A stretch of 64,000 nucleotides of DNA. Origin: Nitrospirota bacterium. GTDB lineage: Bacteria; Nitrospirota; UBA9217. The notes below the pieces were generated by a model. It had not been told where the DNA came from, searched no databases, and saw only the letters and a program-made list of their open reading frames with translations. Position 1 is the stretch's first letter, and each line of letters begins with the position of its first letter. Location: the NCBI GenBank assembly GCA_963845065.1, contig CAWJQQ010000008.1:448001-512000 (forward strand), written 5' to 3'. The position numbers and the translations under genes are program-made. Positions 20,162 to 31,005 of this stretch are shown piece by piece.

Positions 20162-21796
20162 CCTAAAAAGAGCAGTTGCCCTCAGTCAGAGCCACTTATC
20201 CACACCATAGCGGTAGCAGTTCAGGATCATGCAACGGTTTCCCGCCCAGTAATTTAAAGAATGCACGGCTTAAGATGCGTCGCCATCGCTCACTTGGGGT
20301 CAACTGCTCCGCAGTTGTTTTCAGAATGGCCAAAAAACTTGATATCTCGTCGAGAATGCGCTGAACTTTCTCAGATTTTGCGTGCGTGCTCGTGATGGTT
20401 ACCATAATCTGTCCCTGGTGGCGTGTCTGTTTGCCAACCGCATGCAGAAGGAGCGGACGGCTCGTAATTGCCTCCAAGTGCTTGTCCGGATGAGCAAGTC
20501 GCACGAAGAGCGACCACCAGTTGTAGACTAATGCTACGATCCTCGCCATAAAGCTGCAGCGCTTAAGGTCCTGGGTCGTATATCCGCCCCAGCCCCACTG
20601 ATTCTTCAACTCATCAAAAACATTCTCGGCATCCGCACGATCGCGGTAGTGTTGGGCAATGGTGAGGATCTCGTCTTCGAGGGTGGTGGCCAGTACCGCA
20701 TACTCATATCGCTTGGCTGCTTCGGCCGTTTCAACAATGCCAAGTTCTATCTGATCCTTCTGCTTCAGGCTTATTGCTACGTCTCCCGTGAGCGCCCGAC
20801 GAAGAATAATAACGCGACGGGGTTTCAGCCATCCCAACAGTTGTAGGGTTTCTTCCACACCTTCCCATCCCTGACCGGCATCGGTCCAGTCGTTGCTATT
20901 AAATGCCTTCTCAATAAGCTTCCGTACATTCTTAGTGAGGCGCAGCTTCACGAGATAGGGCAAGCCTTTTTCTTCCGCCTGACTCATGAAGCCGTCCGTA
21001 CCCCAGCCTGAATCCCCCCGGAAAAAGACGGGCCAAAAACGGCGTGGGACTCGTTCCAGGAGCTTCCATAACCCCGGAGTGCTGTAACACGTTGCTGTTT
21101 TGTTCCCGGCCTGCACCTCTACATCCAGAACAAGTCGTGTATTGGCCATCAGGTAACTGTGATAGGTGTGGGAAGGCCTGCCGGGTTTATGCGGATTGTA
21201 ACCAAGCACCGCTCCCTCTTGTTTTCCATACAACGGCTTGACCGTCGTATCACCATCCATAATCCATGGCATGCACAACAGGGATTCATAACATCGCCTC
21301 ATGTGCTCGGTAAGCCATGAGACACCGGCATGCTCATCCATCTGTTTAAATCCCCGCCGTACGGTGTCTTCGCTCACTATCTTGGTCATACCGAGCAGTG
21401 CCGGATTGACGTTATCGCTCCGAACGTTCGTTATGTGTGAATAGCGATGGTGGCCGGCGAGAACGGACAGCAGGACGGTACCGAGAAGATCGCGTTTCTC
21501 GGGCGCGTTAGGGCTCGTGTAGTGCAGCGGACAGTCTGTTACCCATGGCTCATAGATACCGCCTGTTTTCAAAAAATCGATAAAGAAGGCCAGCTGGCCC
21601 AATGGCGTGACCGCTGCTGTCGGATCCCATTCGACATGTACTTTTCCTGCAAAGGTATCGACAGTAATTCGATCTGTTTTATCTGCAGACGTAGATGAAA
21701 TCGAGTCACCCATTGGGTGAGACCTCCTTGTTATAAGAAGTATCACAGTATCCAATAGTTATCTTAGATTTGCAATATCTAACTGCCGTTTACAGG
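20162..21796 (-). mobile_element. IS1380 family insertion sequence
   Basis: TIRs CCTAAAAAGAGCAGTT / rc CCTGTAAACGGCAGTT; 5-bp TSD TTGAA at 20157-20161 and 21797-21801. Confidence 0.88.
20196..21713 (-). CDS. IS1380 family DDE transposase
   Basis: IMDGDTTVKPLYGKQEGA..GYNP.KPGRPSH, FRGDSG, YRDRADAENVFDELKNQWGWGG; ATG 21713 after AGGAGG. Confidence 0.9.
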   Translation of the reverse strand: MGDSISSTSADKTDRITVDTFAGKVHVEWDPTAAVTPLGQLAFFIDFLKTGGIYEPWVTDCPLHYTSPNAPEKRDLLGTVLLSVLAGHHRYSHITNVRSDNVNPALLGMTKIVSEDTVRRGFKQMDEHAGVSWLTEHMRRCYESLLCMPWIMDGDTTVKPLYGKQEGAVLGYNPHKPGRPSHTYHSYLMANTRLVLDVEVQAGNKTATCYSTPGLWKLLERVPRRFWPVFFRGDSGWGTDGFMSQAEEKGLPYLVKLRLTKNVRKLIEKAFNSNDWTDAGQGWEGVEETLQLLGWLKPRRVIILRRALTGDVAISLKQKDQIELGIVETAEAAKRYEYAVLATTLEDEILTIAQHYRDRADAENVFDELKNQWGWGGYTTQDLKRCSFMARIVALVYNWWSLFVRLAHPDKHLEAITSRPLLLHAVGKQTRHQGQIMVTITSTHAKSEKVQRILDEISSFLAILKTTAEQLTPSERWRRILSRAFFKLLGGKPLHDPELLPLWCG

Positions 21797-22308
21797 TTGA
21801 AACGTCCTCAAAGCCGCTATTTTAAAGCATGTTAGGAGAGATCATGGCTCATACGGCGATAGATTGTCTCCACTGGCGTCTTGGACAGCATATTCATGAT
21901 GCTGGCAACCTGATATTCACCTTCTGATTAAGTTTTTATAAAATCAGCGAGTTAGCTTGTCCAAAATGGCACTTTCAGGACTATTTTGGACAGCAGTGGG
22001 GAGTGGTCAGTTTCTGAACATTGCACCTATGATATAATGAGCACTAGTGAATATTTCATCTTGAATTCATCATCGTAGCTCTCAAAATATACCTATTCGA
22101 TATCGTTGATGTCAACGTGATTCAGCCATATATTTTTTGGGAATGCAGTCATCGGTGGGCTATTCACTGCCAAACTGGATAATACCGTAAGACTGTGGTT
22201 AATTAGGGGTCTACTCAATAAATTGTCATGCGATAAAAGATCACTTGCTATTGTTCGGTTTCGGTCTTTAAGTTCGTGATTTGCAATATATTGATAAGGA
22301 GAATGAAA

Positions 22309-22728
22309 ATGGGAATGATTAAAGAGTTCAAAGAGTTCGCCATGCGCGGCAGCGTGATTGATATGGCTGTTGGTATTGTCATAGGTGGCGCATTTGGCAA
22401 GATCGTCAGCTCGGTTGTTAACGATATCATAATGCCGCCGATTGGCATAATTCTAGGCAACGTAGATTTTTCCAATCTAGCCATTACCCTCCAGGCAAAA
22501 ACAGCCGAGACCGAGGCCGTAACCATAAAGTATGGATCATTCATTAACACGGTGGTGGATTTTATTATTGTTGCTTTTTCGATTTTCATCGTAATCAAAC
22601 AAATGAACCGCTTCAGGAAAAAAGAGGGGACTGTACCTATGGAGCCAACGACTAGGGACTGTCCAAAATGCTACATGCTTATCAATATTAAGGCGACACG
22701 TTGTCCGCACTGCACTTCAGAACTATGA
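22309..22728 (+). CDS. mscL: Large-conductance mechanosensitive channel with a C-terminal CxxC..CxxC tail
   Basis: [55 protein letters not shown]; tail CPKC...CPHC. Confidence 0.95.
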   Translation: MGMIKEFKEFAMRGSVIDMAVGIVIGGAFGKIVSSVVNDIIMPPIGIILGNVDFSNLAITLQAKTAETEAVTIKYGSFINTVVDFIIVAFSIFIVIKQMNRFRKKEGTVPMEPTTRDCPKCYMLINIKATRCPHCTSEL

Positions 22729-23177
22729 AGCCATCTAATGTGGCATAACAATATCGTCAACTCGGACATTCATCAGATTGCGCTTCATTCTGCATTTGGC
22801 TGTCAGTCATGGCGGGTATGCGTATGCGATTATTAACAAGTTTCGATGATGGCTTCATGAGGCAGAGATTGCAGCTAGTATGTGTTCATCATGAGGGCCG
22901 TGTCCTTATTGAATTGAAGAAGATTGTTTGAAACGTACAGCGAATAATCCTTTCTGCCGTTTGTTACAGAATCACCTTTCGGATCCTGCATACTTCATAT
23001 CAAATTAGGTATTCGGGGTGAGCCCTTTTCCTCGGCTTTTCTCACGAGCCTAAAAAAGTATCACTTCCAGCCATCAAGATGCGCCCAAAAAAATTCGGCA
23101 GAATAATTAACTGTAAAATATTTGTTGATAGCGCTTTCTTCACCCGTTAAACGAGAGTTGATATAGCGGAAAATGGT

Positions 23178-23204
23178 TAAATGTATTTTTTATTTTACCG
23201 ATAA
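23178..23204 (+). promoter_or_regulatory. Sigma-28-type promoter
   Basis: TAAA-N15-ACCGATAA. Confidence 0.55.
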
Positions 23205-23440
23205 GATACAAGGTCTCCCGTTCGGCTTGAAATGTGTTCAAGCAAGAACACGATGCCTTTCAATCCTGCTGGTAGATAATAAACCGAACTCTTAGCCCAG
23301 CCGGGGTAAACCTCGGCGCTTATCGAGGCATGATATTGAATTGACGACTAATTATACGATTACTTGTGATCTGTCTAACACCAGCAAACGCGTGGTTATC
23401 TATTTTTTTTTGAACATTAAATGATAAGGCAAGAGATCTT

Positions 23441-24235
23441 ATGAGGCCTGGCGTCGCGATTATCGTTGTTGCCGTATCGCTCGGATTGTGGCGAGTTTCT
23501 TTGGGTGAAGTACCTGAGCGCGTCGTTGATATTCCGACGCGACCTGGCGTAACGCAACGATTTCTCTACCTTTTGCCGGAGGATCCCAAGGCCGCAGTCA
23601 TCCTGTTTGCCGGCGGGCATGGCGGTCTTGGAATATCACCGGAAGGCGGTATGGGATGGGGGAAAGGCAACTTCCTAGTTCGTTCGCGCCGGCAATTCAC
23701 CGTGCAGGGTCTGTCGGTGGTTGTTGTTGATGCACCTTCAGATCGTCAAAGGCAGGCATTCACCGGGGGGTTCCGTCATAAGCCTGAACATGTTGCTGAT
23801 ATAAAGGCAGTGATTGCGTGGCTCAAGCAGCAAAACAACGTGCCTGTCTGGCTCATTGGTACGAGCCGGGGCACGCAATCAGCAGCATTTATCGCCACAC
23901 AATTGAGCGTCGGTGAGGGCGGTCCCGATGGTTTGGTCCTGACGTCGACAATACTGTCGGATGCCAAGGATCGTTCTGTGCTGGAAATGCCGCTTGAAAA
24001 AATCACGATACCCGTATTGGTAGTCCACCACAAGCAGGACGACTGTAAAAATTGCCCATATCGTGACATCCCTTTTCTTATGAAAAAACTGAATGGGGCT
24101 CCAAGAAAAGAATTGATCACAGTTACAGGGGGCGTAAGCCAGGGCGATCCCTGCGGGGCTTTTGCTTATCATGGCTTTAATGGCCGGGAGAAGGAAGTTG
24201 TCGGTAAAATTGCCGATTGGATCCTGTTCAAGTAA
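23441..24235 (+). CDS. Exported alpha/beta hydrolase
   Basis: Signal peptide, ILFAGG.G, GTSRG nucleophile elbow, VVHHKQDDC, HGF. Confidence 0.85.
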   Translation: MRPGVAIIVVAVSLGLWRVSLGEVPERVVDIPTRPGVTQRFLYLLPEDPKAAVILFAGGHGGLGISPEGGMGWGKGNFLVRSRRQFTVQGLSVVVVDAPSDRQRQAFTGGFRHKPEHVADIKAVIAWLKQQNNVPVWLIGTSRGTQSAAFIATQLSVGEGGPDGLVLTSTILSDAKDRSVLEMPLEKITIPVLVVHHKQDDCKNCPYRDIPFLMKKLNGAPRKELITVTGGVSQGDPCGAFAYHGFNGREKEVVGKIADWILFK

Positions 24236-24671
24236 GGGCACTGCTGCAGGTAGTGCAGAGCCGAGGGAAGCCCGGCACGATGATTCCAATCAGGAAATAG
24301 AGGGGCACAGTGAGTCTTACACCCTGTCGGAGCATTCACGTGCATGATACATGATACAATAAGTTTTTAGCAGAGTTGCCAGCTACTAGAACTTGTTTGC
24401 TTGCAGGTGCTTCTTGAGGTACGTGGATCATTAGGGAAGTGAAGAATAGCTGATCAATATTAGAATATCCTGTGCGGAGCAGCAGCTTCGACTCAGCGAA
24501 TTCGTATTGCTCGTTTTTAATAAGTGCTTTCACAGTCTCGTAAATTACACGTAATGTTTAATTGATGTTGTAATTTCCCATAGTTGCCAAGTTGCCGAAT
24601 TTGAAGCGTAAGGAATTGCGGCGTAATTAAAAGGCACGGTTCCCTTCCTTAAGAGTTTCGCTGGAGAGCGC

Positions 24672-27266
24672 ATGGCCTTTCAGATATTAAATCCGGACAA
24701 CTATTTTTTTAATGGTTACGCGCTCCCCATGCTCGTCGTTGCGGCGGCGCTGACATTCCTTGGATTCTTTATCCTCGTCCTGGAGCGGGGATCCCGGATT
24801 GGAATCTATTTCCTTTTCATGTGCCTGTGCACTGGTTTGTATTTATTTGCAATGGGCGCAAATTATGCGAGCCGCGACGAGAACCTGTCGTTGCTCTGGA
24901 TCAGGATTTCTCAGCTGGGCGCCATCTTCATCCCCACCACTTTCCTTCTCCTGACCGTGGAACGTCTAAGCCTGGTCCCTCGGTATCGTTTTACTATCGC
25001 ATCCAGCATTTTTTTATCTGCATTATTTGTTCTCGGAGTTTTTTTTACTAATTTACACATCGTAGGGATCTCAACATTTTTTTGGGGCAGGTATGGCAAG
25101 TATGGACCGCTGGGTATCTTGTTCGTTGGATTTTCTTTCAGTATCAATTTCTTGGTCCACCGCCTCTACATCCTGGCCTACCGGCAAAGTTCAAATGAGC
25201 AGCAGAAGAAAAGGCTGAGAAAGCTGCTTATAGCCTTCAGCGTCGGTTACCTGTGCTCGGTTGATTTTCTGCCGGCTTTTGGCATTCCTGTCTATCCCTT
25301 CGGATATCTCCCAATAAGCTTCTTCTTTGGTTTGAGCACCTACGTCACTCTGCGTTACAAAAATATCGACATCACTCCCGAACTGGCAGCGGACCGAATT
25401 TTAGAGACTATGCGTGGTGCGGTAATCGTTATCGATCTCAATGGCAAAATCCGGGTGACCAGCTGCGTGGCTGAGGAAATGCTCGGTTATAAAAAATCGG
25501 AACTGTTCGGCATTGAAATAGTGAGAATTCTGCCCGCTCTAGCAGAATTCAACACCCCCGCTCTCTTGAGCGGGAAATCCTCGTCCCATGAGATGACATG
25601 GTACAGCAGGAACGGGCAGCGGCTTGAAGTCAGCGTCTCCCTGTCAACGATCACAAATGCGTTGTATGATACGCCGGTTGGGGTCGTTTATGTTGCATAT
25701 GACATCACGGAACGCAAAAAGGCGGAGGAGGAACTAAAGAGGAACGAAGTGTTCATAAAAAGCATTCTTGAAAGCGTTAATGAGGGGTTTGTCGTTGTGG
25801 ACAGGGACTACCGGATCATTTCGGCGAACAAGGCTTTTTGTGCAAAGTTCGAAATTACTATTGATAATGCGATCGGCAAACACTGCTATGAAGTGTCCCA
25901 CCACAGAACGCACCCGTGTTTCGAAGCCGGGGAGCCCTGCTCAGTGAAGCACACCTTCGAAACAGGAGAACACGTTGCTTTTTTGCATACTCATTACGAT
26001 GAGTACGGGAACCCCTTGTTCATTGATACAAGGTCGTATGCCATGCGGGAAGCATCAGGCGATGTGTTATCAGTGATCGAGATCTGCGTTGATGTGACCG
26101 AAAAGAAAAAAATGGAGGACCAGTACCGCCACGCGCAGAAAATGGAAGCGATTGGCCAACTTGCCGGAGGAGTGGCGCACGATTTCAACAACATCCTGTC
26201 CGCGATCATAGGCTACGGCCACCTATCGCAGATGAAACTGCGGGACGACGATCCGGTAAAACACTATGTTGACCAGATTATGCAGTCTTCGGAACGCGCA
26301 GCCGCTTTGACGCAGAGCCTGCTCGCCTTCGGTAGAAAACAGCCGGTGAAAAAAGAGATTCTCGCAGTGAACACGGTGATCAGGAATTTCGAAAAATTCC
26401 TTCACCGCCTGCTGCGCGAAGACATCGAAATGACGATCCAGTATTCTGCCATGCAGCCCATGATCAGGGCGGACCGGGGGCAGATAGAGCAAGTGGTGAT
26501 GAATCTTGTGACGAACGCGAGGGATGCTATGCCCGACAAGGGGAAACTGACTATCGATACTAAGGTCAGTGCCATGGACGAGGCATTCATGCGGATTCAC
26601 GGTTACGGCAAACAGGGCGACTATGCTATGCTGTCGGTTGCCGACACCGGCATCGGGATGAACGAGGCGACCAAAAAAAGGATCTACGAGCCTTTCTTCA
26701 CGACCAAGGAAGTGGGAAAAGGGACCGGCCTCGGACTGGCCACAGTGTATGGGATCGTAAAAGGGCACGATGGCTTCATCAATGTGTATTCCGAGCCGGG
26801 CAAAGGGAGCGTCTTCCATGTTTATTTTCCGCTGGTCCGCGCATCGGATTCAGCCCTGGAACCTCCAGAGCATAATCCGGTCCCGCTCAAGGGTGGTAGC
26901 GAAACGATCCTGCTTGCTGAGGACGACGTGAGTCTTCGCGATATGACATCGATGGTTCTCAGAGGCATGGGTTACACTGTAATCGAGGCGGAGGACGGGA
27001 ACAGTTCGGTTGTCCGGTTCATCGAGAACCGGTCGACAATCAAACTCGTCATTCTTGATGGCATCATGCCGAAGATGAACGGTCTTGAAGCGTATCAGGA
27101 TATCAGCGCTCTCAACCCGATTATACGCTGCATTTTCATGAGCGGCTATGCCGGTGAAGTATTCGCTCGGGACGGCCTGCCGGCGGGTACGGGGTTTTTA
27201 CCGAAGCCGGTAAAGCCCTCGGATCTGTTGAGCAAGGTCAGGGAAATGCTTGATCTGGAGAAGTAA
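24672..27266 (+). CDS. Hybrid histidine kinase (7TM-like N-terminus, two PAS, HisKA, HATPase, REC)
   Basis: Multi-TM N-terminus, [35 protein letters not shown]...ILDGIMP. Confidence 0.92.
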   Translation: MAFQILNPDNYFFNGYALPMLVVAAALTFLGFFILVLERGSRIGIYFLFMCLCTGLYLFAMGANYASRDENLSLLWIRISQLGAIFIPTTFLLLTVERLSLVPRYRFTIASSIFLSALFVLGVFFTNLHIVGISTFFWGRYGKYGPLGILFVGFSFSINFLVHRLYILAYRQSSNEQQKKRLRKLLIAFSVGYLCSVDFLPAFGIPVYPFGYLPISFFFGLSTYVTLRYKNIDITPELAADRILETMRGAVIVIDLNGKIRVTSCVAEEMLGYKKSELFGIEIVRILPALAEFNTPALLSGKSSSHEMTWYSRNGQRLEVSVSLSTITNALYDTPVGVVYVAYDITERKKAEEELKRNEVFIKSILESVNEGFVVVDRDYRIISANKAFCAKFEITIDNAIGKHCYEVSHHRTHPCFEAGEPCSVKHTFETGEHVAFLHTHYDEYGNPLFIDTRSYAMREASGDVLSVIEICVDVTEKKKMEDQYRHAQKMEAIGQLAGGVAHDFNNILSAIIGYGHLSQMKLRDDDPVKHYVDQIMQSSERAAALTQSLLAFGRKQPVKKEILAVNTVIRNFEKFLHRLLREDIEMTIQYSAMQPMIRADRGQIEQVVMNLVTNARDAMPDKGKLTIDTKVSAMDEAFMRIHGYGKQGDYAMLSVADTGIGMNEATKKRIYEPFFTTKEVGKGTGLGLATVYGIVKGHDGFINVYSEPGKGSVFHVYFPLVRASDSALEPPEHNPVPLKGGSETILLAEDDVSLRDMTSMVLRGMGYTVIEAEDGNSSVVRFIENRSTIKLVILDGIMPKMNGLEAYQDISALNPIIRCIFMSGYAGEVFARDGLPAGTGFLPKPVKPSDLLSKVREMLDLEK

Positions 27267-27330
27267 GGGGCAAAGGGGAGGAGTGAATACCCGCTCCCTT
27301 AACTCATTGTCCATGTGCATGTTAAAATCA

Positions 27331-27377
27331 GAAAAGGGCAACCCTTCCGAAATTAGAGGGTTGCTCCTTTCTTTTTT
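27331..27377 (+). terminator. Rho-independent terminator
   Basis: GGGCAACCCT...AGGGTTGCTC followed by a T-rich tail. Confidence 0.6.
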
Positions 27378-27500
27378 CACTCTTGCATGTGGATACCGCA
27401 AGAAGTCATCAGTCTCTCGTTGCACGTCTCCATGGGGATTAACGTGATAGAATATAATAAAAAAGAAAGGCTTACTGGATATGGAATGCAAGGAGGACCG

Positions 27501-28121
27501 ATGAACCCGATAGACCGTATCAAGGTGTTCCTGATCGAAGACAATGACGATGATGTCTGCCTAATCCACAAATTTCTTATCTCAAGCACGAACATGCATA
27601 TCGACGTGGAGGTGGCGGATACACTTTCGTTCGCACTTAAGCGCTTAAGAGAGGAAACGTATGATGTCATTCTGTCTGACCTCGCTCTGCCCGACAGTTG
27701 GGGATTGGATACCTTCCTCAAGGTCCATTCCGCAAATCCGGACGTCCCCATCATAATCCTGACAGGGCTGGACGATGATGCGGGCGCCCTCGAAGCGGTG
27801 CGTCGGGGTGCGCAGGACTATCTCGTCAAAGGGCATATCAACGGCAGAAACCTGGTCCGGGTCATCCGTTATTCCATCGAACGCCAGAATCTTCTGGTCC
27901 AGCTTGAAAATAGCCAGAAGGAAATAAAGACCCTGCGCGGGCTGCTCCCTATATGCGCTTCCTGCAAGAAAATACGCGATGATGAGGGATTATGGAAACA
28001 GATGGAGTCATACATCAGCGAGCATTCCCAAGCCCAGTTCACCCATGGCCTTTGCCCTGACTGTGCAATTAAAACTAAGGAAGAGATTCTCAGATATAAA
28101 CAGAGTAAGAATAGTGGCTAA
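27501..28121 (+). CDS. Response regulator with a C-terminal LLPIC..CKKIRDD..HGLCP.C domain
   Basis: LIEDNDDD, ILSDLALPD, ILTG, DYLVK; ATG 27501 after AGGAGG. Confidence 0.88.
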   Translation: MNPIDRIKVFLIEDNDDDVCLIHKFLISSTNMHIDVEVADTLSFALKRLREETYDVILSDLALPDSWGLDTFLKVHSANPDVPIIILTGLDDDAGALEAVRRGAQDYLVKGHINGRNLVRVIRYSIERQNLLVQLENSQKEIKTLRGLLPICASCKKIRDDEGLWKQMESYISEHSQAQFTHGLCPDCAIKTKEEILRYKQSKNSG

Positions 28122-28542
28122 CACCCTTCCCCACCAGAGAGTTGGCATAATGCGCGTTTTACTTACTGATAGCTGCAAGGTTCTGTCAATTGCTCAAAAG
28201 CTAAAGTAGAGCATTAAGAATTCATTGTCCGGCATCGTTCTTCTCCAGAAGACATAATATATTTCGAATTGTCGATCTACTTGAAAGCTACGGAGATTTG
28301 CGATTTACAGAGTACGAGAATGAATTACGCATCTTCAAAATTCGCGTCGCCGCAAGATTGTAGGTTGCCAAAGGAGCTGTCGTTTTCCAAATGAAGACAA
28401 GGCCATATGGCTGCAACGCATGATAGAAAATCCATCCTCCAAGATTAGTTGTGTTCTATTCATATAATAGAAAGTCAGGAGAACTATATAAAACGACAGC
28501 CACGGAAAACATCAAATGAATAAGCATCACCAAGGCCACTGA

Positions 28543-29378
28543 ATGGAACGGGAACTATTCGATACAGCACTGGTAGTCGAAGGCGGCGGCATGCGCGGCG
28601 TGTTCTCCACCGGCTTGCTCGACGGCTTCCTTGAGCGGAAATTCGACCCTTTCTGTCTCTGCATCGGCGTGTCCGCCGGCGCAACCAGCATTGCTGCCTA
28701 CCTTGCAGGGATGTACGGACGGAACCGAAAAATTTACGCCGAGCTCTCCGTCGGTCCGGAGTTCGTCAACCACTGGCGGTTTCTGCGTGGCGGCCATTTT
28801 ATGGATTTGGATTGGATGTGGAACCAGACAATCTCCCGGATGCGCCTCGACCTTGACCGGATCTATTCCCGGCGAAGGCCGTTCCTGGTCGGAATGACGG
28901 ACGTGAGGACCGGCGCACCGGTTTACCGTATTACGTCCGCCGCGGACCTCGAACAGGTGCTCAAGGCCTCCAGTGCACTGCCGGTCATCTACCGAGGCTT
29001 CCCCCTTGTCGATGGCCGGCCCATGACCGACGGTGGAATTTCAGACCCGATCCCCGTCGCGGAGCAAAGCGCATTATGGTTGTGCGTTCCCGTCCGTATG
29101 GCCATCGGAGCAGACCTGATCTAATGTCCATATTTGTATACTTGTTTCTTCGCGGTTATCCCGCTCTGCAATCCGCGATTAAGTCCCATGACCGCATCTA
29201 TAATGACGCAGTCGCGCTCATCCATCGTGCGCCTGACGGCGTGTCAATCATCGAGATATGCCCACCTGAAAGTTTTCGACCAGGTAGGTTCACGCGAGAT
29301 GCACGCATGCTGATCGAAGGATATGATCAAGGAAGGGCAATGGCAGACGAGGCGATAGCAAGATGGAATCGAGACTAA
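28543..29378 (+). pseudogene. Patatin-like phospholipase, frameshifted
   Basis: EGGGMRG, GVSAG and DGG motifs in ORF 28543-29124. The C-terminus (GAKRIMVVRSRP...) continues in another frame from about 29061. Confidence 0.8.
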
Positions 29379-29602
29379 GTGAACAAACGGTCCGTAGTAA
29401 TAATTGGAGATGAATCAACTTAGGACGCGCTCAAAATGCGTTCATATATTTATGGCTACTCAATGACTGGCTCTCCGTCGCGCCAATGAGTTATGATGCA
29501 TATCATAACTCATTGGCGAAGAATAAAATATCATGTCACAATGATCCAGAGGGCCTTCTTGGGATCCACTTTTTATTTTATCCCGCTGTGCTGACAGTCA
29601 GG

Positions 29603-30174
29603 ATGCGATCAGTATTCGTCACAGCGGCCGTTTTCTCACTGTTCATCGTGACATCCTGCTCAACCCGGCACGTTCCGTAGCAGATGGCATTATCTCTTAA
29701 ATACTGATCCACCAAGATCGCAACGAAGATTCAAACACAACCAGGCGGCTTTGCCTGGGCGAATGATGGAAGAACCCTTTGCTCGGTAATTTTCTTGAGA
29801 CCGGCTCCCATATGCTGAATGAGAACCTTTCTCTATATAGAGAACTTTTTCTTTAAGATGAAAACTTTTTATACTGCAACGACCTTCAAAGGCGCCTTCC
29901 ATCAGAACCCGGACTACACCCACTGATTGGGGAATGCACCGCTGAAGCTAACGCTCTCGGAGATAAAAGTGATGCAGCCCTTCTGCGATATGTGGAGAGG
30001 CTCAAGAAAAGGACCGAGAACCTCGGTCCGGCAAGCGGGGACGACCAGAGCGAATTTGCGGACATCTAGAAGAAGCTGCGGGCATTGAATGAGATGAGTC
30101 TGAAGGGAGAGATAGCTAAGCAGGACTATCAGACACTAAAGAGCAAGCGGCTCGATGAGCAGGGGTTGAAATAG
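29603..30174 (+). pseudogene. Decayed lipoprotein gene with a SHOCT-like C-terminus
   Basis: MRSVFVTAAVFSLFIVTSC leader then an early stop; downstream KKLRALNEMSLKGEIAKQDYQTLKSKRL resembles a SHOCT motif. Confidence 0.35.
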
Positions 30175-30312
30175 AAGCATTATCTTTTTCGAAGGACGGT
30201 CTCATAGAAACATTGTGAAAGACAGAATGTGATTATGCAAATTCCTGCTAGCCCATGGCTAGGTTTGGTTTGCAGATTTCAAGCTTAAGAAACAGGAAAA
30301 AAGGAGGAAAGA

Positions 30313-31005
30313 ATGAGAGTACACGTATTGCAGCATGTCCCATTTGAAGGCTTAGGCAGCATCGCTTCGTGGCTAAAGGCCCACAGGGCAGATGTAAGCT
30401 ACACTCATTTTTATGAAGAACCCACTCTTCCGAAGCTAAACGGCCTTGATCTTGTCATCGCGATGGGCGGACCAATGAGCGTGAATGATGAATCGACCCT
30501 GCCCTGGCTCCGTATGGAAAAGCAGTTCATTCGTAACGCGGTGGTACAAGGCGTTCCCGTTCTTGGTGTCTGCCTTGGCGCGCAGCTTATCGCCAACGCC
30601 CTCGGATCACGCGTCTACCGGAATGCCCAAAAGGAAATCGGATGGTTTCAAATTGAGGCAACTCCCGGCTCTGTGGAGGTGTTTCGTTTTCCGGACAAAT
30701 GCCTGGTGTTCCACTGGCATGGTGAGACATTCGACCTTCCCAACGGTGCTGTCCGTTTGGCGAGAAGTGCTGCATGCGAAAATCAGGCATTTCAGATTGG
30801 GAAACATGTCATCGGCTTGCAGTTCCACCTTGAAACGACACCAGATAGCGCGACATCCATTTTAGCCAATTGCAAGGACGAATTGGCACAGGGGCCCTAT
30901 ATTCAAACCGATTCGGAATTGCGAGATGTGCCGCATACCGCATACGCAGAGATCAATTCTCTTATGGATAAGGTTCTTTCCTATCTGATGCGCGCTCAGA
31001 ATTGA
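30313..31005 (+). CDS. Class I glutamine amidotransferase
   Basis: QHVPFEGLG, MGGPMSV, GVCLGAQL, HWHGETF, QFHLE triad. Confidence 0.92.
   Translation: MRVHVLQHVPFEGLGSIASWLKAHRADVSYTHFYEEPTLPKLNGLDLVIAMGGPMSVNDESTLPWLRMEKQFIRNAVVQGVPVLGVCLGAQLIANALGSRVYRNAQKEIGWFQIEATPGSVEVFRFPDKCLVFHWHGETFDLPNGAVRLARSAACENQAFQIGKHVIGLQFHLETTPDSATSILANCKDELAQGPYIQTDSELRDVPHTAYAEINSLMDKVLSYLMRAQN

Larger units (their letters stand above)
20082..21998. mobile_element. Non-coding MITE (277 bp once the IS1380 is removed)
   Basis: TIRs CACTCTTGTCCAAAATAG / CTATTTTGGACAGCAGTG (16/18). 9-bp TSD GGGAGTGGT at 20073-20081 and 21999-22007. Internal TGTCCAAAAT/TTGGACAGCA repeats. Confidence 0.85.
19422..22010 (+). mobile_element. 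IS200/IS605 copy 2: 663-bp internal-deletion derivative whose right end is interrupted by a MITE carrying an IS1380
   Basis: TTAC at 19418-19421 and the same left end as copy 1. The junction at 19620/19621 removes 1001 bp (8203-9203 of copy 1). Right-end hairpin at about 20051-20075; terminal TCAG displaced to 22007-22010. Confidence 0.9.
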
